Source: Dimorphilus gyrociliatus (taxonomy: Eukaryota; Animalia; Annelida). From it: 64,000 nucleotides of DNA. Where the stretch lies: assembly GCA_904063045.1 (NCBI GenBank), contig CAJFCJ010000006.1:3860408-3924407 (forward strand), in the 5' to 3' direction. The position numbers and the translations under genes are program-made. Below the pieces are notes generated by a model. The model made no database searches. It had not been told where the DNA came from and saw only the letters and a program-made list of their open reading frames with translations. This document shows, one piece after another, positions 50,264-62,044 of this stretch. Positions within the stretch are counted from its first letter, which is position 1. Every line of letters begins with the position of its first letter.

Positions 50264-51575
50264 TCTGAAATTGTTCGATCACTTATTATCGATCACTCAA
50301 ACCGAGTGAAAATTTTGCAGCTGCGGCTGTTGAATTTTTGGTGAGATATGTGTTAAGTTCAAGTTATAAGAAAAGTAATATTACCTTATTATCGAAAAGC
50401 AAAAAAACTAAATTTTCCACTCTTTAAGAATTAAGCGAATCGAAACAAAGCACCCGCCTAAACTTGTTTACGGTATTTGAGTATAAAATATTTCCGTTTC
50501 CGGAGTTTTTTCGAACACCAGATGGCGTTCGAAAGAATTGTTTCTCTCTCGTTTTAAAACGTAACTTTTAACTTAACAGACGCTTTGACAAGTAAAACAA
50601 CACAGAAAAGTAAGTTTAATAGTTGAAATAAATATGTACCTAGAAATGCTTTTTTTCAATTACCCTAGTAAGCTTGAGATGTATTTTAGATTCTTATTAA
50701 AAACGATTTAAATGAAGTTTTCTATTAAAAGACTTTTACTAATGTTTTTTCTAGGTCATTTAATGGTTTTTAGCAGTCGTTAAATTAGCACTTGGAGATT
50801 TTTTATTTGTTTCCCCGAGTCGACTTTTTTCAGTATAATATATAGATCTTGCTTATGGATTTTGTAAGAAATATTTATGCACAAAAAAAAGTACAAGTCC
50901 AAAAAAAATCATATGATAAGCTCCAATAGTATTTTAATCAGATTTAAAAGATTTTATTTATCCCTTAAGACTGGTCTGATATACCTTGTTTATCACTCAG
51001 AAAGAAAATTTATTGTTTGTGGGTAAGTGTATGAGGGTAGGAAAAAGAAAAAGTTTCGTTTGGTCAATACGAAAAGTAATCAATAGCAAGGTCAATTGTT
51101 CTATTCTTAACTATCAAACTATCTAAAAACAGTGAATTGCTCTAAATTTACCTATGTTAAACATTTTCTATGAATTATAAATCTGTAATTCTATAAATTT
51201 GCATACCTTATCGATTATCACTAGAACATGAATTTTCTTTCATATAATTTCCAAGTATTTAGAATTTGGTCCCCAAATCAATGAACGACTGCTAGCTAAA
51301 CTATGTTATTATATTTAAGAATTATATAACATTTGTATTCCTTGTAGTTTATGTAAGCTTTTTCTGCTAAATCTAAAACTAAGACGCAGTTAAAGAAAGA
51401 AACTGATAAATTTCTTGTATTAGCTAAAAAAATTATAAAATAAATTTTACGAAAAAAATCCATTTATCTTAATGGACATACTATATTAAAAATTAAGGAC
51501 GAAATCTACCGAGTCCAATTTATTATGGTTCTCGATCATTAAAAATTTACTAAAAATAAATCCAAGAAGCGCTTC

Positions 51576-53261
51576 TTATTCATTAACAGATAATTGATCT
51601 AATTGTGTTTGTAAACCTCTTTCACTGAGCCATAATTGAAAACTTTGCTGTACAAAATCTTGGTATTCCCTTCTCTCGGCATTTTCCAATCCCATATCTC
51701 TCACTTTTCGCTTCCATGATGTGATCGATGATTGCATTTCTTCATAAGCTTTTGCGTATTCTGTTGGAAGGGGACACGGCAATGCACTAGTGATTGGCTC
51801 TTGCACATTTTCAAAGATAAAAGGAATTTTGAAATGGTTTAAATCTCTGGGAATTAAAACATTCCAAACAGGTTGTCTTTCGGGATCATGATCAGGACCA
51901 ACACATAGCGGCTGATTCCACATTTTTTGGTTGGGGTGGAGTCCTGTTTGAAGCAAATGACGTTCTAGTGTGGCATAATAAGTATGATAAGGTGCCAAGC
52001 AGATGTTCTCATTTGAGCTTAGAATTAACGGTCTTGTAGTTGTCATTAGATGAATAGTACAGTTTGAGGATGAAGACACCATAATGTTGCGACAGGCTAC
52101 TATCAGTTTTATTCTTTCGCATTTATCAACATGAACTACTGTATCTACCACTCCCAAAACAATGGTTGAATTTCGACATTTTACAATAGTTGATGATCTC
52201 AAGGGGCTCAATAAATAAAACTGAGATTGATTACATCTATGAATTTTTACAGTTGAATGTTCTAAAGTTGTGCTAGACCTTGCTATTGTTTTTCCATTGA
52301 CGTGAGTAATCAGAATCGCTTTGTTTCCTTCCATTTGATTATCTGGCACAATATTGGCATTTGTCATTATGCGACCTTTAAGTTTATCATTTTTTTCAGT
52401 CTGCTTTGGTATTATCCAATTGAGTAAACGTCCATTGTTTAACAATGAACTAATGGAATATGGTCCAATAGCTAGAGATTTTGATATCCAAAATTGTAAA
52501 TTTCGTAAAGAGAAAGACTGAGTTAATTTTGAATAACCGCTAATCCCTTGTATTTGGGGATACAGAGCAATAGTATGAAACGGAGACGATATGTTATCCC
52601 TTTTTAAAGATCCCATAAAAATATAGGAGAGGGATTTTACCGCTTCTACGCTAAGTCTTTTATCATTAATATTTGCTCCAACGCTATCAGGTTCGACTAG
52701 TAATTCTAGTATATCATTCAAATGTTGTTGAACAAAGAGAAAATGTGATTGTTCATCTAAAGCTTTTGAAGATTGTGACGAACTTCTTGTTGAGTCAGGT
52801 GGGGATCGTGGTCGAGTTGGCCATGCCTCCGTACTAGCATTAAACGAATTTCGTAACGATATTTTATGCATTTGTTGAATGTAAAGAAACAAGACAAATG
52901 TATAAGTATGAACGAAAAACATCTCTTTTTGGCTAGTTCTCTCAGAGACAGCTCTACAGTTAGTCAATAGTTTATCTATACTTAATTTTTCCTCCGAAGT
53001 CCTTTGCATAAATAAATCATATATTTTAAAATACATCCAAGCCAAATCCTCTGTCAACTGCATTTTATTTACTGCTATATGTCGCCAAACTGTGTACGAT
53101 AAACTGGGAAATCCTTCCGGTCCTTTAGTTTTAGCATACGTCAATATTCTCTTGATGTTCGATGAGCTTAATCGTGGATGAGGAGCAACAGGAATAGAAG
53201 CGTAGGTGAAAGGTTCGGCTTTTACCCACAAGGTAACATCGGGAGCGGTGTTCATAGCCAT
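51576..53261 (-). CDS. TBCCD1: TBCC domain-containing protein 1, single exon
   Basis: LWVKAEPF N-terminal signature; C-CAP/TBCC beta-helix (VKIHRCNQSQFYLLSPLRS...IVKCRNSTIVLG...NICLAPYHTYY). Confidence 0.9.
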   Translation of the reverse strand: MAMNTAPDVTLWVKAEPFTYASIPVAPHPRLSSSNIKRILTYAKTKGPEGFPSLSYTVWRHIAVNKMQLTEDLAWMYFKIYDLFMQRTSEEKLSIDKLLTNCRAVSERTSQKEMFFVHTYTFVLFLYIQQMHKISLRNSFNASTEAWPTRPRSPPDSTRSSSQSSKALDEQSHFLFVQQHLNDILELLVEPDSVGANINDKRLSVEAVKSLSYIFMGSLKRDNISSPFHTIALYPQIQGISGYSKLTQSFSLRNLQFWISKSLAIGPYSISSLLNNGRLLNWIIPKQTEKNDKLKGRIMTNANIVPDNQMEGNKAILITHVNGKTIARSSTTLEHSTVKIHRCNQSQFYLLSPLRSSTIVKCRNSTIVLGVVDTVVHVDKCERIKLIVACRNIMVSSSSNCTIHLMTTTRPLILSSNENICLAPYHTYYATLERHLLQTGLHPNQKMWNQPLCVGPDHDPERQPVWNVLIPRDLNHFKIPFIFENVQEPITSALPCPLPTEYAKAYEEMQSSITSWKRKVRDMGLENAERREYQDFVQQSFQLWLSERGLQTQLDQLSVNE

Positions 53262-53611
53262 ATTTTATGACAAAAATGGCTATTTATTTAAAACTTTGCA
53301 AGACCGGACCTACACTACCGCCCTGACGTTATTGCAAACGTGTTTTTTTATCAAAAATATTTTAAATATTTTGTTTACTATAAATAAAATAGCACTTATC
53401 AAATAATTATATATATCTAAAAGACTAGCAGTCTTTTTTATACATAAAATTGCTATTTCATTTCAGCCCTCAAATTTTAGACTCGAAAACGTTTCGCAGA
53501 ACAGCTGAAAACGATAAGATGGCGTCAAAATCAGAAAAGTGATTTTGAAGAACAGTCAATTTTATCCCGTAATTCATATTCTATTATTCTATCTATCTTC
53601 TCCAAAGAACT

Positions 53612-56600
53612 ATGGACGTTAATGAGAAGATTCTCTCCTTCCATTTGATAGCCCAGCCTCTCCCTGGAACGGATGAGCAAATAAACGACAGGTAATATAA
53701 TTCTCGGTTGAAATTTTAGGCGACATGTTGTCATTTTAATATACGATACAACTTCGAAGACTTTTAAAAATCATTATTTAGTGATCTAACAGTTGGATTA
53801 GCTAGATGGAAATGTAATGTCTTAATCTACTAGGAGTAATACTTAGTTTTTTATCGTGTAAAATTTTTAAAATAACGTATATAAACAGGACGTTATCTGA
53901 CCCTTAAACTTTTTGTTCTTGTGCAATAATTACTCAATATTGTAATTTTATGACAGAATTAAGGAAGTAGCTGATAAGCTTAACAAATTTGGTTTTGTTT
54001 GTCCAAACGAATTAAAGGAATTAAAAAACAATGCCCCTTGCCAAGTTGTTATTGGTCCGTCACATGTTGCCTTTCTGCTCACTGATGGAACAGTTGCCCG
54101 CATCCCGTTGAATATTCACTATGAAAAGTTGGATTTGAGCACAAGAAATAGTTTCACAGTTGATAATAAAAAGTATGTGTTTACGACCTTTTTAGACGGT
54201 AGTTATGTAATGATATCAAATTACTTGTAACAGAAAGCCCATTGTTAGCACCCAAAGTAGTTTGACCTCTACTAGCTCAGCTACGCCAACTACAGCATCA
54301 TCTGCAAGGGTGTCCGGATTTAACAATAATGTTCCAACAACATCAAACAATAATAACAGTGGTACCACAAACAGCAATGGAGGTAATGTTTGATTTTTTA
54401 AATATTAGTTTGAAAAAAAAAATTATTTCAACCTCTACAGTATCTATTGTAAGATTACCAAATTCTGGAGCAGTCGTTGTCACTGCAGGTTCTTCAGGTG
54501 CTCCGCGAGCCTCTATCTCACGTAGATTTCCTCGTATCGGCACGGCAGGATCAAGATCGAGAGGATCGGGTGTAATCGTTGGTAGAGCTGTCGTCCCAGC
54601 TTCCCAAGTTCCAGAAGATCTGATTAACCAGGTAAATTTTGTACTGTTTTTGTAATTTTTTGAATATATCTATAGCTTGATTTCTTTCAGTGTCAAGTGG
54701 TGCTGCAAAATAGGAGTAGAGGTCAAATTATACGAGAATTACAGAAAACCAATTTAGATGTAAATTTAGCAGTCAATAATCTTTTAAGTCGTGACGATGG
54801 CGGCGACGATGAAATGGCTGACGAAGATTATATGCAAGGTAAGCTTAAGAATATAAGTGACAAATCTATTATTCGATAACTGTTCAACTTTTTACAGATG
54901 ATCTGATATCTTTACTGGATGCTGGGATGGAATCAGCTGGAGTTATGTTTGATTCAGATGTTATGCTTGAAGATGTTCTAGCGTAGTGAGAATTTAATTT
55001 TTTCAGCTTTACAACAATGCTGAATGTTTCTTTTTTTTTCAGTCAACGTCCCCGTTCAATTTCTCAGCGTGAAGCACTTTTAAGAGCAGCTAGAGACCAC
55101 CCTCATAGATGGCATTCAGATATACTATCAAGAAACGTTGATTCACATCTACGTGGCACTGTCGATAAGGAACGTACAGGAAGCAATGAATCAGAATCAA
55201 CCAAGAGACCTGCAGCTAAGAATCCTTCTTCCAATGCTATATCTTATGGTGAAGAGCTTCAATATTGGATTGATAAAGACGGAAAAAAACCCACTTTCAC
55301 ACATATTGCGTCTTTGTATTCTGAGCTACTTGCTGTGAATACACAAGGTCAACTATGTCAATGGAGATGGTCTGATCCAGAGCCTTTTTACTCTGCTGCT
55401 GCACCATCATTACTACATCCTAAAACTGCAGCTTTAGGGTTAGCCTCAGATGTGATTACCCATCTCTCGGCATCTATTGTGCGGGCCTCTTTAGCAACTG
55501 CTTCGGGTAAGGTTGTTACTCTCGTTGATGACAGTATTGCAAGCGCAACCGCAAGTGCAAGGGTAGAGCATACTGCTATTGCATGGCCAGAATTTGAACC
55601 AGGAATAGCGGAAATACATACTTCCACTCTTTACACGCTGGTTAGGTTAAACAATGATGCTCTTTATTGGTGGGGTGTGATGCCATTCGAATTGCGAAAG
55701 AAAATAGCGCAGAAGACAAGAGTCAAGTCAACAAAAAAACAAAGTAAAGGGTGTGGAGCTGAAATAACTTGCGGTGCAACTGTGTGCTTGCGCACCGCGC
55801 CCTTTCATAATCAAGGAGCTATTGGTTTTACCATTCACAATGGAGTTCCTAAAGTTGGCTCATTATTAGAATGCGCTTGGTCTTTGACCGAATCCTGCCG
55901 ATTTAAAGTTCTTCGAGCAGGTACACCGACAGCTGACGGAAGTAGTGAGAAAAAGAAAACTTCTGGTAATAATCAAGATAAAACAGATATGCCCCCTCCT
56001 CCATCGCCTGCTTCTTCAACCTGCAGCGACCACTCTGGACCTGCTATAATGTCTCCAGCTTTTAAAAGAAAGCGTCTGGGAGGATCTGTCACACCAGTAA
56101 GAGAAGTTGTTACTGGAGCTGCTCTGGGAGCCAGCGCAGGAGAAGAAGAAGATTGGCCTATGAGTGAAGTGGTGATGGTAGAAGACGCTAGAAACATGCC
56201 GGTAGGTCGAGTCCTTAAAGTTGATGGAAATTATGCGGCTGTCAGATTCCCGAAAGACGGTGAAAGTGTAGCTGCACCTTTAAGAACATCAGAAGATGCT
56301 TCAGCACTGCTTTCAGATTGTAGATTACTAAAAAAAGAAGATTTGATTGTTGTCAGAGGTCCTGCTCCGCCAAGAACTCCCGAATTAGTTCAAAGAACCC
56401 CTCGAAAAGTATCTTTATCAGATGGCCAACTTATGGGTGTCTGCATTGATGATACTGATATCTCGGCCATCTTAAAGTCTAATGGAAAATTACAAATGGT
56501 AATATATAACATGAGTTCGGGTAGTATTGAACAACGTAGTAATCTACCTTCACATACTCCTGCTCTTCTGGAATCTCAGTATTCAGTCAGACTATGGGCA

Positions 56601-59600
56601 GCTTGCTCTTCACAAGCTACTTGGTGTTTAATGACGGATGGTAATAATACCATTTATCCCTTATCCCCTGATTGCTTAGATAGTGTTCGAGAACCTAACT
56701 GGCCAGGATTACCCCCTATACGATGTCTTTCCGCTCCTACACCTGCTCCAGGAACTCCTGCTGTTGCTCTTTTGGCTATTGTTTGTGAGCAGCAGATGTT
56801 GATGCCTCATATACTGAGATGTGATACTGAAAAAGTTGAAAAATTCCTTAAATACGCATCACCCGAAGATGCTGATGCGGCCATGAAAGAAATGTGTGAT
56901 GGAGGTCGAAATATACTTCACGCTGCCGTTTCTCAGTCGGCTCCAACTTCAGCCAAAGAAAATGATGCAGAAGCACCACCGTCTGCAGCAAGCGAAAGCA
57001 TGCGATTAAATGTTGACTCATTTACGGGCCCTCCATTACGTGCAGTTGATTCTCTCACTACTAGAAGAGCGGTCCGGGACCAAATGCATGGTATACGAGA
57101 AATGATGAGACAAGCCTCTTTCACAAGATCAGGATCTTCTTTCGAGTCATATAGGGATCATCTTGATCCAGCTAATAGACATACACCTCCGGAAGACAAT
57201 GCTCTACAACCTCCATTGCCATCTATGCCAGGACCACCGGAAGAATTTTACGAGTTACCAATTCGTTACGAAACGAATGCCCAAAAAGCCATTTCCTCAA
57301 GTTCGTGTGCAATTCAAGAAGAAGCTTATACTCTACCCCCAGTTAAGTTAGAAGATAAGGAACGGCATAAACAAGCAGTAGCCGTATTAAAGGCAATCTT
57401 AAATAGCTCAGCGTTTTGTCGACAAGCCGTTAATTTACTGAAAGCAAGAGATGCTGATGGTCTAACACCACTAATGCGTTCTGTATGGATGCGAGCCTAT
57501 AAAGCTAGTCAGCTATTGTTAGATATTGCTTTAAATCTTTGTGCTCGTGATGAAGAAATTCTCATGTCAATGGTGTTTCCTCCAGGTTCACCCCCTGATT
57601 TATCCCCACTTCACATGCTAGTCGCTAACGATACCTGCTCCTTTACTTGGACAGGTGCTTACCACATTCAACAAGATATTTTCGAATGTCGTACCTGTGG
57701 TCTAACAGGAACACTCTGTTGTTGCACAGAATGTGCAAGAGTTTGTCACAGAGGACACGACTGTCAAATGAAACAGACAGCTCCAACAGCCTATTGTGAT
57801 TGTTGGGAAAAATGTGCATGTAAAACTCTTGTCGCTGGTAGTCTTAACGATAGAATGACACTTTTAACATCTCTACTTCGATTAGGCGGTCAGATGGTCA
57901 CTCAACCTAATTCAAATGGAGAACATATATTATACTTCTTGGCAGCAACGGCATCTCGCCAACAACACGAATTTAGACAATATCAAAGAGTTATTGAACG
58001 ATCAGGCACATCGTCGTCTCAACGCCAAGCTATCAAGGAAGCTGCAGAACATGCACACGTTGATATTGGTCAGGAGCCTCCTAAATTTGCCAGAAGAGCC
58101 TTGGAAAAAGTTTTAGGCGAGTGGCTAGCAGTCAAAAGTCTTCTGATTGCTGATAAAACGGAAACTGATGAGGAACGATTTGTCCAAGAGCAATGGGGAA
58201 GTACTAGGCTCGATCGGTTTACTCACCTACTGTTAACAAAGTGCGGCAATGATGCTCTTACTATACTTTTAGATACATTAACAAGGAACGTTCAAAATCC
58301 AACGACACAAGAAGAAGCTAAATTAGCCGCTCGTCGATTTATTAGATCTGTTGCTAGAATTTTCGTTGTAATAAGTATGGAAACATCTCCTTCGACGTCA
58401 TCACGAAAAGGTATTGGAAGTCGGGCAGCTTTGGCGAATAGTATGCTCTCAGGTTCCATTAATAAAGCACGAAGTGTCTTCAAGCACCTGCTCCCATTAG
58501 CAGTAGAGGAGCTGTGTGAAATATCTGACGCTTTAATAACGCCAGTTAGACTAGGTGTTGCTAAACCCACAGCTCCATTCTCTTTATTGACAACATCTCT
58601 GGAGGCAGTACACGCAGCAGATGACTTGTTTTCGGTAGACCCTTTACCGGCCAGAAGAAGAACAACTACAGTTGACTCCAGTTCAGCTCCTCCTGCTCCC
58701 CCATCCTCAGTAGCAGCGTCCGTTCCTCCTACTGCTCCAGTTACGGATCGAGACAGTGACGGGGAGGGTCAAGATAGTGGAAATGTCAACGAAGCTTCTC
58801 ATCCACCAACTGATTCAGATGTTATGGATGTCGAGTTACAACTTGTTGAATCAGATAGTGAAAGTGAATGTGCCCCATCAGGCGACGAAGCAAGTGTCCA
58901 ACAATCGGCCATTACTGGAGCGACAGCTGGTTCAGAGGCCCTAGCTTTCTTCTCAGATGAAGATGATGAAGAAGAAGACACAGTTGTTGGTGGAGAGGAT
59001 GATGATCAGAGTGTCCCGGATGACGATCAATCTCAGAGAGACAATGAGGAGCATGACGAAGACAGTGACACAGGTAGCTTCAGCAATGATCGACCATTGT
59101 TACAATCTAGTGCTTCAAACCGTCACGCGTCTGCCCCTGCCTCTATGCAATGGGCTGTCTCTACCAGCCCTAGGCCAGTTTCAAGGCGTTCCGGATTTAT
59201 TGAATCATCAAATTCTGCCTCAATGGCCACTACAATTTCACAACTTAGTCGAGCATTTGGAATAGTAATTAGAATGATTAGTGATTTATTATCGGATGTC
59301 GTGCCTAGAAAAGAAGCTGACGGCTTTCCAGGGCTTCACTTAAATACTGACGAAGACATTCGACGTTTGAAACAGCATGTTGAAAATCAAATTCAACCAA
59401 CCTGGCTGTGGATGAAATCTATTCTTGATTCTACTGAAGCCCAGCTAAGGTATGGCTGTGGATTGAACAGTCGAATAGACGTTCCGCAAGGAAACAAATC
59501 AAACAGACGAACTGCCAATACTGCTTTGGGAGAAGCTAGAATACACGCCTTACAAGTTTTAGAAAGGTCTACGAATAATAGAAGGAGTGGTAACTCAGCA

Positions 59601-61910
59601 AGATTTGTACTCGCACCCAGCTCTTCTACATCTGATACACAGTTTGCGAGAAGAGACTTTTTCACATACGCCTTATCATTGATGAGGTCACATAATAATG
59701 AACACGCTGACTCACTACCGTCGTTAGATGTAGCGGCTCTTAAACATGTTGCTTATGTACTCGATGCTACTGTATATTATATTCGAAATGTCGGAGGTGT
59801 TACTGGGGAACACAGTTACTCAGAGGATGTAGAAGATAGTGACATGGATGAGACGGAGGTCACTTGTAGAAAACACCGGTTCTTCCAGCGATCACCATCT
59901 GTTATGCAAATTGGTTGCACTCCTCCAGATCCATTTAAAGAGCCAATGACATCAGCCCTACCATTGGCTGACCAACCACACCTTTTGCACCCTCACGCTC
60001 GAAGAGATGAATTATTTGGGTCAGGCACATCGACAACAACCAGCTCAAATCTAATTCCGACGCCAATGTCTCTATCTCAGCAAAGTGAAGTATACGATGC
60101 AAGCGAGGCAATTATTCCCCAAAGTCACGAGGCTTTGGTAGGAAGATGGCGTCATACACTACATTTATTCGGCCGAGTTTTCAGTGATGACGTTGGAGCT
60201 GAAGCGGGATCAATTATATCTGAGTTGGGAGGCTTTCCCGTTAAAGAAGTAAAATTTCGACGCGAAACAGAAAGATTAAGAACAAATCAACAAAGAGATT
60301 TAATAATTGAAGTCTCTAGAAACCCATCATCTGAATTTTTAGTAGCAGCCATCAGACAAATTAACATAGCCTACTCTCGAAGAGTTTCGTCTATTTCGTC
60401 TGGCTCGGCTCCCCCTTTGGCTGTTCATAAAGTTAAAGTAACTTTTAAAGATGAACCAGGCGAGGGAAGTGGAGTTGCCAGATCATTTTATACAGCATTT
60501 GCAAACGCTGTTTTATCATTAGATCCATTACCCGCTTTAGAACCTCCTCCCAATTCGGGAACTTCTAGTAACTATCCAGATATTGTTACAAAAATCCGCC
60601 AACAGAGAAGAATAAGTGCTCCTAGACCAAGACGACAAAGATCTTTATTAACCAGCGCTGATATTGCTAATATCGCTCAATCTTCTCCCAGCACTCATGA
60701 TCATGAATATGAAGATAGACGACAACAACTATTTAGAAGAGTATCTTTAATACATCCAAGTCTGGCAAGCAAGATCACTGGTATACTGATGGATTTACCA
60801 ACAAATTGTCAAGTAGCTCTGCTTTCAAATGAGGAAGCTCTGAGACAAAGAGTAGAACATGCTGTTGAGGTTTTAGTCACTCAAGAGTCATCGAGGTCTC
60901 TTACGCTACCTCCGTCTATGCATTCAGATATTATAGATCTGGATATGTTCAATTTTACACCATCTAGTTCAACATCATCTCAAAAGGAAGAGGAGATTAA
61001 CGATAGAGCCCCCTTGTTCTGGCAACCTGGTAAACGAGGTTACTATTCACCTCGTCCAGGAAATGGTTCGAGCGAACGCTTAAATGCTATGCGTTGCATT
61101 GGTAGAGTTGCTGGTCTATGTTTGCTGCAAAATGAGCTTTTCCCATTGCACTTTTGCCGACACGTTCTAAAGTACATGCTATGTCGTAAAGTAGCCTGGC
61201 ATGACTTAGCTTTTTTCGACCCACCACTCTATGATAATCTCCGACAGCTAGTTAATGCTGCCGAATCGGAAGATGGAGACAAGATTTTAACGGAAATGCA
61301 CGTCAGCATGACAGCGCCAGCTGATGATAGCAACAATCCAACTAGAGAGATTGAGCTATATAGGGGATCTCAAGATGTTATCGTAACCCCGGCAAATGTT
61401 TATCATTATGTTAGATTTTACGCTCAGAGACGTCTCGTAGATAATGTTAGAGCAGAGTTGGATAATTTAGCCGATGGATTGCACGATGTATTACCTGGAT
61501 CCTCTCTGGAAGGACTAACAGCAGAGGATCTCAGGCTTTTATTGAACGGCCAAGGGGACATATGCGTGCAAACACTTCAATCATACACTTCTTTCACAGA
61601 TGAGAGTGGTGAAAATAATTCTGAAAAAGTCGCAAAGTTTAAAAAATGGTTTTGGGCAGTCGTAGAAAAGATGACAACACCGCAAAAACAGGACTTGGTC
61701 TACTTTTGGACTTCTAGTCCAGCTCTACCCGCCTCCGAAGAAGGATTCCAGCCAATGCCATCCATTACTATTCGACCACCAGACGATGCTCATTTACCCA
61801 CAGCTAATACCTGTATTTCTCGTCTATATATCCCACTGTATTCGTCTAGGGCTATACTTAGATCGAAATTGTTATCAGCTATTCTTACGAGAACTTTTGG
61901 GTATGTTTAG
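53612..61910 (+). CDS. UBR5: E3 ubiquitin ligase UBR5/hyperplastic discs (UBA, UBR-box, MLLE, HECT)
   Basis: [14 protein letters not shown]-terminus; [17 protein letters not shown]...[15 protein letters not shown]; UBR box CSFTWTG...IFECRTCGL; [12 protein letters not shown]; HECT end [12 protein letters not shown]...FGYV*. Confidence 0.96.
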
Positions 61911-62044
61911 TTTTTATATTTAACTGCGTATATATTGTAAAAACTATAGGAAAGGTGTGAGTTTTTTGTATAAAAAAAATTTAAAAAAGTACATCCGTTG
62001 TTATTAAACAATTGTATTGAACACTAAAATTGTGAAATCGAGTG

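Noticed and set aside
50264-51575. Plus-strand splice-donor-like motifs in the TBCCD1-CEP135 spacer suggesting an antisense lncRNA
   Set aside because: Such motifs arise by chance in AT-rich DNA; no ORF or structure supports a gene.
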